Of a stretch of 64,000 bases of DNA, positions 9,707 through 19,854 are shown piece by piece; position 1 is the stretch's first letter, and each line of letters starts with the position of its first letter. Made by a program: the position numbers and the translations under genes. Below the pieces are notes generated by a model. That model ran no database searches and was not told where the DNA came from. It was given only the letters and a program-made list of their open reading frames with translations. Source of the stretch: Candidatus Latescibacterota bacterium (GTDB lineage Bacteria; Latescibacterota; UBA2968). The stretch is taken from NCBI GenBank assembly GCA_965204375.1, contig OZ241986.1:960001-1024000 (forward strand), given 5' to 3'.

Positions 9707-11122
9707 ATGGCACAGGCACAAGGACGACCACACATACTCATTCTCACGGCGGACCAGCTACGGGCGGATTCCATGGGCTGTGCCGGTCATCCGCGGGTCA
9801 AAACGCCGGTCATCGACTCGCTTGCCAACGAGGGCATGCGGTTCAGCAATTGCCACACCGTGTCGCCGGTCTGTCAGCCAGCGCGCGTGTCGTTCATCAC
9901 TGGCACCTATCCCCACAACCACGGTATCTGGTACAACCGCGGCGAACTGCCGATCAACTATCCGACGCTGTTCTCCCAATTGCAGGACGCCGGCTATCAC
10001 ACGGCAACCGTGGGCAAGTCGCATCTCTGGAGCCACAAGAAGGTGTCTCATTTGCGCGAAGGCGAGCCGTATATGCAAGCGCTCGGTTTTGACGTCATCG
10101 ACGAACTCGGTGGACCGCGGGGGAGTCTCAACTCCGGTTCGTATTTCACCGACTATCTGCGCGAGAAGGGTTTGTACGAGCTCTTCGTCAGCGATACGCG
10201 CGAACGGGTTCGCGACCCAAAGATCGTCAGACCAGCGGCGTTTGAGGAGGACGATCACATGGACGGGTATGTGGGCAGGCGCTCGGTCGAGTTTGTCGAT
10301 TCTGCGCCCGGGGACTGCCCGACCTGTCTGTTCGTCAATTTCCCCGGGCCACATGATCCGTGGGACGCGCCCGGGAAGTACGCCACCATGTATGATCCGT
10401 CCGATTCGCCGCCCGCCATCGGCGTGCCACTACGCCCCGCCACGCTCCCCGACGAAGTCGCTCAGAAGGAGGATTTCAAGACGGAGCCTGGCTTGACCGC
10501 CGAAATCGCCGCCGCGATCCGGGCAAACTACGATGGCAAGATCACATTCGTCGATTACTGGTGCGGTGAGATCCTTGCGGCGTATGAACGACGCGGCTGG
10601 CTCGATGATCTCTGTGTCGTGTTCTGGTCCGATCACGGCGAAATGACCGGCGATCACGGCAGGGTGTTCAAACGCACCTTTCACGAATCTGCGTTGCGGG
10701 TCCCCCTGATCCTGCGCTGGCCCGGACGGATACCGTCCGGTACTGTCTGCGACGCACTGGTGGAAACCATCGATGTCGGCCCTGCCTTGCTGGAAGCCCT
10801 GGGGCTCGACCAGTTGCAGATGTCCCTTGGGCAGTCGCTGGGGCATTTGTTCGCGGAACCGACCGCACACCACCGCACCGAGGTGCTATCAGAGATCTTC
10901 TACGGTGGTTCGCGCAATACGATGGTGAAAAACGAACGCTACAAGTACGTCATAGATCAGCACGGCATGGGGTACATGCTGTACGACATACAGCAGGATC
11001 CGGATGAGCAGCACAATCTGATCGGCGATCCCGAGCATCGGGATACGGAGAACGAGATGCGGGACACGCTGCTTCGCCGCCTCGCGGCCAGCGCGTTTGT
11101 CATGGACAGCGTGAACTTGTGA
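9707..11122 (+). CDS. Formylglycine-dependent sulfatase (S1)
   Basis: ADQLR, CQPARVSFITG (CxPxR), GKSH, PHDP, SDHGEM. Confidence 0.92.
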   Translation: MAQAQGRPHILILTADQLRADSMGCAGHPRVKTPVIDSLANEGMRFSNCHTVSPVCQPARVSFITGTYPHNHGIWYNRGELPINYPTLFSQLQDAGYHTATVGKSHLWSHKKVSHLREGEPYMQALGFDVIDELGGPRGSLNSGSYFTDYLREKGLYELFVSDTRERVRDPKIVRPAAFEEDDHMDGYVGRRSVEFVDSAPGDCPTCLFVNFPGPHDPWDAPGKYATMYDPSDSPPAIGVPLRPATLPDEVAQKEDFKTEPGLTAEIAAAIRANYDGKITFVDYWCGEILAAYERRGWLDDLCVVFWSDHGEMTGDHGRVFKRTFHESALRVPLILRWPGRIPSGTVCDALVETIDVGPALLEALGLDQLQMSLGQSLGHLFAEPTAHHRTEVLSEIFYGGSRNTMVKNERYKYVIDQHGMGYMLYDIQQDPDEQHNLIGDPEHRDTENEMRDTLLRRLAASAFVMDSVNL

Positions 11123-11130
11123 AAACAGCC

Positions 11131-12057
11131 TCACATCGCAACGACTCTCTGATCAGAAGTACGCGTTTCGCTATTTTCATCCCCAAAAGCCGCGTTGTCT
11201 TCGTCATAATACCTGTTGTATCGTATGTTATTCCCTCCGCTTACCCACACGGCGCGAAACAGTGTTTGCCGTTTTGGCGGCATTGTAGCAATCACTTCTT
11301 TGGGTACGCTGCGACCTCCCCATCTGCTGTTTACGGCATTGTAGAGGTGAAACAAGCTCAACCGCTGGCGATTCTCATTTGTCCACCGAGTACCGGTATG
11401 GCATAGTGCTTCTGTGAAGATCAGCGCAGAACCTGCAGGGCACGTATATGTGTCCCAAATTTCGCTCTCACGGTTGCTCAATGACTCAGGTCGTTGAAAT
11501 GCTGCCTTGTGGCTGCCAGAAGCCAGCATGGTGCCCCCGTCACCCGGCTTGATCTCATTTAATTCCCAAACCACGCGTGTCAATCCCGAATGCACCTTGC
11601 CTGGAAGCATCTGATAGATGTGTGAATTTCCAATAAGATTGAAATAGCCGCTGCCACCGTGAGGCTTGAATTGATCGTATCCCGCCTCGCGATAGTCAGT
11701 GCGTGTGCGCTCAAATGTAAACCCATAACAGTCCTCGGTTGCCAACTGTTGACTTGAAACAATCTCATTCAAAATTCCGACAATCACGGGATGATCCAGC
11801 AGCACTTGAGAAGGCCCTCCCACCGGATTTCGTTCTTCTGGCGGAAGCGACTCAGGCTCCTTAACGAGCTTCATCTGGTGTTCGTGGATCTCTGCCAACT
11901 GATCGCCCTCAACCAATCCCGGTAGGCAAATCCAGCCCTTCATATCAAACAGGTACTTGTGCTCTTCGGCCATGGGAACGACCGGGAGTCCATCGGCATT
12001 GGTGGTCGGTAACATTTTGCCCACATCAGATTCCAGGTTTGGACGTCCTCGATTCAT
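11131..12057 (-). CDS. Phytanoyl-CoA dioxygenase (PhyH) family protein
   Basis: YLFDMKGW, LLDHP, GDGGT..SGSHK, AGSALIFTEALCH; AAGGAG RBS. Confidence 0.8.
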   Translation of the reverse strand: MNRGRPNLESDVGKMLPTTNADGLPVVPMAEEHKYLFDMKGWICLPGLVEGDQLAEIHEHQMKLVKEPESLPPEERNPVGGPSQVLLDHPVIVGILNEIVSSQQLATEDCYGFTFERTRTDYREAGYDQFKPHGGSGYFNLIGNSHIYQMLPGKVHSGLTRVVWELNEIKPGDGGTMLASGSHKAAFQRPESLSNRESEIWDTYTCPAGSALIFTEALCHTGTRWTNENRQRLSLFHLYNAVNSRWGGRSVPKEVIATMPPKRQTLFRAVWVSGGNNIRYNRYYDEDNAAFGDENSETRTSDQRVVAM

Positions 12058-12186
12058 TGCGTCTAACTCCTTTCTGTCATTGCGGTTCTCCTTCAGTTTG
12101 TTGGGATAAGGCATGTTAATACCACAATCGCTTGCTGGCAATTCAATTTGGCTAAACGCAGTATGAGCATGAGGATGATGTCCATT

Positions 12187-13305
12187 CTATGGCGTATCGA
12201 CCCACCAGTGAATGAGGTTGGTCAGGCTCAGTTCATACGCGTGCGATGATTGTATCAGCAGGCGGTTTTGCCTGTTGGGATTGTGTGAACCAACCGCGAT
12301 GCTGTTCGAATATGCGCCTGTCCCCGCCTCGCGCATCCTTAAAATGGTGCCATCATCCCAGTTAAGACCATCTTTTGAAGAATACAGAACAAAGTGACCT
12401 TTGTCCTTCTTCTCGCCCTGCAAATGTCCACTGCGTCCGGACATGAAATAACTGCCGTTTAGCACGGCCATCTGAGGATTCCGGATCTTCTTTTTAAAGT
12501 GTGCGATCTTCGGTTCGGACCAGGTGAGACCATCGTTGTCGCTTATCACATAGTCCATCGTGTCCTCAGCGTTCTTGTTGTATATGTATGTAATGATGCT
12601 TCCCGAAGCGAACTTCTCCATAGTGCCATACGATTTCCCGGTGGTGTCGAAGGGAAGCTCACTGCGCAGCTCGAATGTCCGACCGCTGTCTTTGCTCACG
12701 TACAACTGATACACGTGTTCGTCCTTGTTGCCCAGGAAGTTGATCTCATTGTCGTTCTTGAAGTGAAGCGCGAGTATCTCTCCGTTGTAATACCGCGCAT
12801 CGTAAAGCCTTCCCCGGTTGTCGCACAGTTCATACGGCTCACTCCAGGTGTGTCCTCCATCTTCACTGATGATATAGGTCGGGATCTGAAAACGCCTCCA
12901 AATGGCATCGTTTGTGATGTTACACACGAGGAAGAAGAGGACGATGTCGCCGTTGTCTGTCAGTACTGCTTTCTCGCCGAAGGCAGAAAATTTCTCGGTG
13001 TTGGGGCCACCTTCTTGCCCCTCGTCGAACAGGTTTTTTGAATAGTCGAGCACGATTGGCTCGCTCCAGGTTTCGCCGTAGTCGGTAGAACGCTTGTATT
13101 CCATCCATCCCACGGCCGAGTGACCTTTGTTGTCTTCGTTGCAGTTGGGATAAAAGGCGAGGATCTTCCCGTCTTCATACTCGACGAGTGCGTGTCCAAG
13201 ATTTCCACCTCTTTTTGCCGGAGAGTGATCGACGAAGAGAATCCCATCGTTCGGTGGATTTTTGGGTGTGATCTCATAATCTGCTTTGTTTGAGTTCACG
13301 TCCAT
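12187..13305 (-). CDS. Sialidase-like (BNR repeat) protein
   Basis: Asp-boxes STDYGETW, SEDGGHTW, SKDSGRTF, SDNDGLTW, SKDGLNW. Confidence 0.82.
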   Translation of the reverse strand: MDVNSNKADYEITPKNPPNDGILFVDHSPAKRGGNLGHALVEYEDGKILAFYPNCNEDNKGHSAVGWMEYKRSTDYGETWSEPIVLDYSKNLFDEGQEGGPNTEKFSAFGEKAVLTDNGDIVLFFLVCNITNDAIWRRFQIPTYIISEDGGHTWSEPYELCDNRGRLYDARYYNGEILALHFKNDNEINFLGNKDEHVYQLYVSKDSGRTFELRSELPFDTTGKSYGTMEKFASGSIITYIYNKNAEDTMDYVISDNDGLTWSEPKIAHFKKKIRNPQMAVLNGSYFMSGRSGHLQGEKKDKGHFVLYSSKDGLNWDDGTILRMREAGTGAYSNSIAVGSHNPNRQNRLLIQSSHAYELSLTNLIHWWVDTP

Positions 13306-13325
13306 AAGTGTCTCTCTGGGTGAAT

Positions 13326-14057
13326 TTAAGTGCCTTTGTAGATATTGGAAGAGTACATTTCAAAGCCTTCGGGGCCGGGGTAGCCATCGAAGAGTTTGCA
13401 TTCGGGCACATTGCCAACTGCGCCATTTTTGAGCCAGTCGATGAATATGGGGTCGGCATTGCGGTGTGCGAGTTCGGCGAGGCCCGACGCATGAAGGTCT
13501 TGAACGCGATCGGGATTTTGAGAAGCGATATTGTCCAAAGAGCCGTAGGGGGTGAGGATGCTGTCTTCGGGATTTGGGTGCCATTCGAGATAGCCTTCAC
13601 GATCGAAGACTGTAAAGTAACCGCGTTGAAGATGTCGCATCATTTTGCCGCGAGCCACGCCTGATAGGGCGATTTCGCGGTGGCCCATGCTGTTATTGCG
13701 CGCAGCGTTGAGGATGTCGTAACTTTCGATATTGTCGGGAATAGGCGCGCCTGATAGGTTGGCGATGGTGGCGAAGAAGTCCTGAGGTTGAAAGATCGCA
13801 GAACTGCGACCTGTGTCGCCTTCGGGTGTTTTGATGAAAAGTGGGATGTGGATTTCCTGTTCGCGAACGGGTGCGCCTTTGCCGATCATGACGTCGGTGC
13901 GATAGGGGATGGTGGGAAAGCTCGCTGCGAAGGCACGGTCGAAACACCAGGATTGTGAGGATAGGCGGTCGAGGTTGGGTGTTTCGATCCAGTCATTGCC
14001 GTTGGCGCCGATATAGTCGTAGCGCATGGTGTCGATGATTAAGAGAATGATGTTCAT
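13326..14057 (-). pseudogene. Sulfatase-like gene with large in-frame internal deletion
   Basis: Sulfatase N-terminus (IIDTMRYD, TPNLD, SFPTIPYRTDVM) runs straight into the C-terminal motif GKG..EQEIHIPLFIK near 13885. The core, including SDHG, is missing; 243 aa. Confidence 0.75.
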
Positions 14058-16273
14058 TGTAAATCTCTACCGGTATCAAATGCCCATCCGTCCCACATGT
14101 TGTCAACGGTCGCTGGCACATCCTCTCGGAAGTTTCGGGTATCGACCCACCACTGGCGGTTTGGTGCTGGTCCGTGCGATAGGTTAAAAAATGGCGTCAA
14201 ACCATCTCGTTGATACTCACAGGGAACGACGAGACGCACGACAGGTCGATCGCGCTCAGCAGAGCGATTGACACCTCCCCCGTGAATAAGGCGAGGGTGC
14301 CAGAAAACAACGTCTCCTGCTTTGCCGGAAAACTCCACTGGCGTGATTTCTCTCAGCGCATTGTCACGGGCTTTGCTATATGGCTCTGCGAGGTCGGGAT
14401 CAAGGGGACCGTAAACAGTACTGTGATACAGGTGACTCATGTAATGTGACCCCGGCCAGATTGTAAAGCCACCAGAGTGCGGAGGCACCGTATCTACAAA
14501 GACCATAGCAGACAATTGAGCCGCTGTATGGTCTCCATGGGGCGCCAAACGACTTTCTGAATTTGGCGGTTTTGGAAATATACAATAGACCCCGCGCACC
14601 CGGTTTGAACGCTTAACCGGCTCGCCGATAAACAATGAAACCAACTGCCGCATACGTGGGTGGTTGGCGATCTTATCGACAAAAAAAGGCTCTGTACCAA
14701 TTTTACGCGAGCGCATCTTCCAGGTACCGCGCGAAAACTGCCCTGCGTTTTCGGCATCCGCCTCTGTCCACTGCCCGTGTGGCGCATCGAACCACGTTTG
14801 CACATCGTCGCGCTTGACAATCTCACGCGGTACATTTTCCCACACGTAATCCACGATCCGGTCAAACGTCTCCTTCTCTTGCAGAAACCCGCGTTTCACA
14901 ATAAAACCATTCTCTTTAAAAAACGCGACTTCGGCTTCACTGAGGGTGGGATCTCCGTTTATAAATTCTGGATCGGGCAAGAGGGTTGGGTCTCCGTTCG
15001 CAAATTCTGGACCGACCAATACATGGGGCTCACGGATGACGACATCTTCGGAAATTCTGAGCGCGTGTAAACCGCTTCCTTCAAATGGCGGCACCAAAAG
15101 ATTGTAGAATTGTTGCGCTTTCTCCTTCTGATTCATACCTGCCAATTCGGCTTTCACAGGCTCAATATCCATATCTAAATAAAGGTAAGCGCCGAGCCTC
15201 ATACATCTAAATGCAGGCTCCCATGAAAAGGGTTGAATCTGTGGAAGCGTCCACTCGTGATCGCCCGTCCAGTAGGGATAAAGCCAATCAAAGGCGCGTC
15301 GCATGGATCGCCCATCGGTAGATTCAAAATTGGCGAGATCAATACCCCACTGTCGGCCAATTTCAGCGAGTTCTAAAAGAAGCTCCAAATTCATACTCGC
15401 GTATCCAAGTGCCTTTGTGCGTGCGAGTTCCAGAGGCTGTTGACCATCTGGCTCAATCTGATCGGCAATCCTTCTTTCTCCCACTCCTTTTAATATCATT
15501 CGCGCAAGATCTGATTGCCCTGCAAAAAGCGCGAATGTCACAACCTGAACATCATAAGCACTCGAATGGTTATTGCCATGACGCGCTTCGTCAACTCCAT
15601 AAGGATGCTTCAACATCCATTCGAGAAACGCATGAAACCAGGCCTGCAAATCTTCCATATCTTTTTGGGACCAGTTTTTAGAGTCGCGCAAAAAACTGAC
15701 CGCGGGGAGCATCTCGCGTGCAAATGCAGCCGTCTCAATAAGCCCGATACCTCGCCCTTCGCATATCCCGGGTATGGCCTGCCCAAACAAAAGGTTTGGG
15801 TTCATTCTGGTTTCGGGATTCATAAACCATGTTCGCAACAACAATGCAGCATGAGTTGCGTAGTCTTCTCGATGTGTAAAACCATACGCAAACCCCAGCG
15901 TTTTCACCGTTGAAATGAATTTTGCCAACAAAGGGCGGTCCGTTTTCTCGACCTCGGGATTGACCTCGCCATCTCGTCGGATATAAGGCAAACCGTCAGG
16001 CTTATCGGGGTCTGGCCACCAGTAAGGCCCAACACTCATGTAATCGTGTTTGTCACCACTGGAAGGCAAGATCGGTTTGTTCACAATGGTCAGCGGTTCC
16101 TGCTTCAAAGCGGCATCCGCTTTCACAAGCAAGGCTTTAAGGGCTTGCCCACACGGGTTATCTTCCTGTTTGCTCAACGAGCGTGCCCGCTTGATGTAAT
16201 CGGGATCTACTGTAAATATGGGTTCAGCAGGTGAAAACGCCTTGAGCAGATCAGCTTCTTTGTCCGGATACAT
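14054..16273 (-). CDS. Alginate lyase domain fused to a C-terminal PhyH-family dioxygenase domain
   Basis: N-half: SGDKHDYMSVGPYWWPDP, RMNPNL, NNH, GQQPLELART. C-half: FFKENGFIV, PHGD, GGFTIWPGSH, GDVVFWHPRLIH. Confidence 0.85.
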   Translation of the reverse strand: MYPDKEADLLKAFSPAEPIFTVDPDYIKRARSLSKQEDNPCGQALKALLVKADAALKQEPLTIVNKPILPSSGDKHDYMSVGPYWWPDPDKPDGLPYIRRDGEVNPEVEKTDRPLLAKFISTVKTLGFAYGFTHREDYATHAALLLRTWFMNPETRMNPNLLFGQAIPGICEGRGIGLIETAAFAREMLPAVSFLRDSKNWSQKDMEDLQAWFHAFLEWMLKHPYGVDEARHGNNHSSAYDVQVVTFALFAGQSDLARMILKGVGERRIADQIEPDGQQPLELARTKALGYASMNLELLLELAEIGRQWGIDLANFESTDGRSMRRAFDWLYPYWTGDHEWTLPQIQPFSWEPAFRCMRLGAYLYLDMDIEPVKAELAGMNQKEKAQQFYNLLVPPFEGSGLHALRISEDVVIREPHVLVGPEFANGDPTLLPDPEFINGDPTLSEAEVAFFKENGFIVKRGFLQEKETFDRIVDYVWENVPREIVKRDDVQTWFDAPHGQWTEADAENAGQFSRGTWKMRSRKIGTEPFFVDKIANHPRMRQLVSLFIGEPVKRSNRVRGVYCIFPKPPNSESRLAPHGDHTAAQLSAMVFVDTVPPHSGGFTIWPGSHYMSHLYHSTVYGPLDPDLAEPYSKARDNALREITPVEFSGKAGDVVFWHPRLIHGGGVNRSAERDRPVVRLVVPCEYQRDGLTPFFNLSHGPAPNRQWWVDTRNFREDVPATVDNMWDGWAFDTGRDLQ
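14942..15011. repeat. Degenerate tandem repeat (39-bp period) at the lyase/PhyH junction
   Basis: gagggtgggatctccgtttataaattctgga (14942) versus gagggttgggtctccgttcgcaaattctgga (14981); encodes PEFxNGDPTL twice. Confidence 0.8.
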
Positions 16274-16537
16274 GTGAATGCTCCTGTTTCGAGTTGGTCA
16301 TGGTATCGTCTGTGATGTTACAAGTGATCGGTTAATATGAATACAATATTGGGCTGCTTTGTACTGGCCACAAAGACCTCCTTTGATTACTGGCTGAGGC
16401 ACACCCGTTGTCGAGTGGCGATTTCCTTCACCATCGACAGTGGGCGAGATGTAAAATCATCTTTGAACAGTTTCTAAACTTTGTTAAGTTTTTGTTATGA
16501 TCTTGCCCTGTTCCCAACCCTATTGAGGCTTAAGTCT

Positions 16538-17590
16538 ATGGCTGATCCCGAAATTCTGGTGCTGGGCGGTCCCGAGCGCGATCTCTATCTGGCCCCGGCC
16601 GATCTGGAGCGCCTGGATAGCTTTGCGAATTGGACGTGGCTCCCCTGTGAAGCGGGCCAGGTCCAGCCCGGTCACCAGGCCGAATTGTCGCGACGGCTGG
16701 CGTCCGTCCAGGCCCTGATCGTCTATTCGGGGGCGCCCTACATCGGCCCCGAATTCATGGAACAAGCCCCCGAGCTACGCCTCATCGGCGAATTGAACGG
16801 CGATCGTTTCGCCGAGCGCATCGACGTGGAGGCGGCCTGGCAACGAGATATCCGCGTTGTCGATACCACCAATGGCTCGTCCTACCCTGTCTCTGAGTGG
16901 GCCCTGGGCCTTATTCTCGTATCGTTGCGCAACGCCGGTTATTATCTGCGCCGCTACCTGGAGGGAAATTGCCGCAAAACCCGCGACAACCCCAGCTTCC
17001 TGCGCGGCGAACTCACCGGCAAGACCGTGGGTCTGATCGGCTGCGGCCATGCTGGCCGTCGCCTAATAGAATTGCTGCGCCCTTTCCGGGTCGCCATCCA
17101 GGTTTACGACCCCTACCTGCCTGGAACCATGGCCGAAGCCCTGGGCTTTTTCCTGACCTCACTCGAACAGGTCCTGTCGAGTTCCGATGCGATTGTCTGT
17201 CTGGCCCCGCTGACCCCCGGGACCCAGGGCATGATCGGTCGGGTCGAACTGGATCTGATCCCCTCGGGGACTGTACTGGTCAATGTCTCCCGCGGTCCTA
17301 TCATCGATTCGGTCGCTCTGGTGGAACGCCTCAAGCGCGGCGATATTATCGCCGGCCTCGATGTTTTCGATCCCGATCCTATCCCCGACGGCCACGAAAT
17401 AACCGGGCTGGACAATGTATTCCTTACGCCCCATATCGCCGGCGTCACCCGGGCCGCCTACTGGCGCTTTTTCGAGCTGATGGTAGATGAGTTGGACCGC
17501 TTTTTTCACGGCTTTGAGCCCTATTTCGAATTGACCCAGCGCACCCTGGATGACCGCAGTGGCCGGCCCCCCGCCACTCATTTGTTCTGA
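16538..17590 (+). CDS. D-2-hydroxyacid dehydrogenase family protein
   Basis: GKTVGLIGCGHAG, YDPY, LVNVSRG, AGLDVFDPDP, LTPHIAG. Confidence 0.88.
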   Translation: MADPEILVLGGPERDLYLAPADLERLDSFANWTWLPCEAGQVQPGHQAELSRRLASVQALIVYSGAPYIGPEFMEQAPELRLIGELNGDRFAERIDVEAAWQRDIRVVDTTNGSSYPVSEWALGLILVSLRNAGYYLRRYLEGNCRKTRDNPSFLRGELTGKTVGLIGCGHAGRRLIELLRPFRVAIQVYDPYLPGTMAEALGFFLTSLEQVLSSSDAIVCLAPLTPGTQGMIGRVELDLIPSGTVLVNVSRGPIIDSVALVERLKRGDIIAGLDVFDPDPIPDGHEITGLDNVFLTPHIAGVTRAAYWRFFELMVDELDRFFHGFEPYFELTQRTLDDRSGRPPATHLF

Positions 17591-17744
17591 ACACGCTTTC
17601 CAGATCGCTCACGGTTTTCCATCCACGCCCCATAATAACCCCGTCCATCCAAAAAGGCAACAACCTCATAGCACATAAAGTAGGGATAGCCGTGATCGGG
17701 CGTCCAGTCCTTCTTGCGAAACTATGGTCTTCATTTTTTATGTT

Positions 17745-18728
17745 TTAAATCTCTTTGGGTGAAAGCAGAAAATGGTCGAACCACGCGACCATCTGCTCGA
17801 AGTACTCAACGAGAAAGCGATGATTGCCGTCGGGTTGATAGACTTTGAAACGATCATCGTGCCCTGTTGATGCATAGGCTTTTTGTACAACGGGTATAAG
17901 GGCATCGACGCCTTGACGCGGCATGTCTTCGTCCCGGGTGGGCGAGATCATCATAAAAGGTCGCGGGGGCATGCAGGTGGCTACGACGCACGGATGATCA
18001 AAATGACACAGGAAGTTAGGGATGTAGTAATAAGCACTGTGTCGTTCGTTGTCGCCGTGGTGAATGACGCTGGCCAGGCTACCAAGGCCACCACAGACAG
18101 TTACGCCTGCCGCGATCCAGGGAGCACACGCCATCGAATACCAGGTTGCGTTGCCGCCAAGCGACATGCCTGTCAGGCCAATGCGGCTTTTGTCAACGCC
18201 ATTTATCGCGCAAAGGATTCGAGCGGCTCTGAGTGTTTCTTCGACCAGAATGCCCATCTGGCTTCGTCCATAAGGAGCCAGGAGCTTGCTCTCGGTTGCC
18301 CATTCTTCAATGCTACGGCGCCTTCCTTCTGTGCCCTTGATCGAGATGGCCAGTGTGGTGAACCCTCTGCGTGTAAGTTCACGTCCCCAGCCGATCAATG
18401 GACCATCGGGAGATTGATGGAATTGTGGATGAGCGACCCGTTCTGCAGAACCGGACGTGCCAGAAATGCATACGATTCCCGGTCGCAATTTTCCAGTATG
18501 TCTAAGCGGTTCCATGAGGATGGCAGGAACGGTTTCGCGCAGTGAGTTCTGGTAGCTCAGGTGGGTGACGCGAATGTCTTCGGTTTCTCGCGTTTCTGAA
18601 GTTGTGAAATCTACATTGTCTGGGACTGTAACCAGCCCCAGAAGCTCTATGAGCTTTGCACGGATATCTGAGTCGGCAAGGTCAGATGTGGATGCTGGCT
18701 GGATGTCGGGTGGTATGATAGGTGACAT
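17745..18728 (-). CDS. Alpha/beta hydrolase (dienelactone hydrolase/esterase-like)
   Basis: RIGLTGMSLGG nucleophile elbow; C-terminal DGNH. Confidence 0.8.
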   Translation of the reverse strand: MSPIIPPDIQPASTSDLADSDIRAKLIELLGLVTVPDNVDFTTSETRETEDIRVTHLSYQNSLRETVPAILMEPLRHTGKLRPGIVCISGTSGSAERVAHPQFHQSPDGPLIGWGRELTRRGFTTLAISIKGTEGRRRSIEEWATESKLLAPYGRSQMGILVEETLRAARILCAINGVDKSRIGLTGMSLGGNATWYSMACAPWIAAGVTVCGGLGSLASVIHHGDNERHSAYYYIPNFLCHFDHPCVVATCMPPRPFMMISPTRDEDMPRQGVDALIPVVQKAYASTGHDDRFKVYQPDGNHRFLVEYFEQMVAWFDHFLLSPKEI

Positions 18729-18759
18729 ATCGAGAAACCTTTGATTCATTGGTTGCGGG

Positions 18760-19794
18760 CTACTCAAACCAATGAGGGGATTGTGGGCGCTTCGTGCGAA
18801 TCGACTCCAGTGCCGCCTCACAGATAGAAACGATGCGTGCACCCCATCGAGCCGGGATCGGATTACTGATTTTGCCGTCGAGCAGATTCAGATAATCGAC
18901 CACAGAGCGTCCCCAGCCGTGTCCTCCAATCACTTCATGGGCAGATGATTCTTCAATTGGAACTGGCTCATGGCCACGGCGGAAGAGTTGGCCTTTCCAC
19001 AACGTGCCCTCGGTGCCATATACGGCCAAAAAACCACCGCCCATTCCCTCGCCCATGCCATGTCCGGAGCAGCCGCTTGTCACAAAGACTTTGCCTGTGA
19101 CGCCATTTTCAAATTGAAGGATCACAATGTAACAGTCATCATCTGGAAACACCGGAATGCTGAGCTTATTGCTATAGGCATAGACCTCCGCAACCGGGGA
19201 TTCGACCGTCCACAAAATCAGATCAAGTGGGTGGCAGCCGCCGCCCAGCAGGATATTCTGGGGATTTTGCTGATCAATGCGCCAGGGTGTGTGGTTTTTG
19301 CCCTCGGGTGAATAATGACTCCACATGTCGTGGATGTAATCGCCCTGGACAAAGAAAACATCGCCAATCTCGCCGGATTGGGCCATCAGCACCATTTCGT
19401 GCCAGGGATGCAGGTAGCGCATGGTTTGGTCGGTCATGACGTGCCGGCCACTTTTTGCCTCCGCGTCGAGGATGCGTTGGGCATCTGCCACTGTGGTTGC
19501 AAGCGGTTTTTCCACCAGGACGTGGCAGCCCTGCTCCAATGCCAGGACAGTCTGGTCGGCGTGCAGGTGATCCGGTCCTGCCACGACTACAACATCGGGC
19601 TGCGTTTCTCGCAAGAGTCGAGCGTACTCGTGACCAGTCGAGGCATCCGGATATTGTTCCTGCATAATGTCCAACTGCGCTGGCTGTGGATCGACGAGAC
19701 CCACAATTTCTCCACATCCATCGGCGGCGGCTACCTGAGCCACGTTACGGCCAGCGCTTCCACAGCCGCTAATCAAGAATTTGTAACGCTTCAT
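18760..19794 (-). CDS. Gfo/Idh/MocA oxidoreductase
   Basis: GCGSAG, HVLVEKP, GGGCHPLD, YGTEG. Confidence 0.9.
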   Translation of the reverse strand: MKRYKFLISGCGSAGRNVAQVAAADGCGEIVGLVDPQPAQLDIMQEQYPDASTGHEYARLLRETQPDVVVVAGPDHLHADQTVLALEQGCHVLVEKPLATTVADAQRILDAEAKSGRHVMTDQTMRYLHPWHEMVLMAQSGEIGDVFFVQGDYIHDMWSHYSPEGKNHTPWRIDQQNPQNILLGGGCHPLDLILWTVESPVAEVYAYSNKLSIPVFPDDDCYIVILQFENGVTGKVFVTSGCSGHGMGEGMGGGFLAVYGTEGTLWKGQLFRRGHEPVPIEESSAHEVIGGHGWGRSVVDYLNLLDGKISNPIPARWGARIVSICEAALESIRTKRPQSPHWFE

Positions 19795-19854
19795 GGCAAA
19801 GACCTCAATAATGGTTCCATGTGCCCTCCATTGCCTCTGAAATTTGAACGTTCA

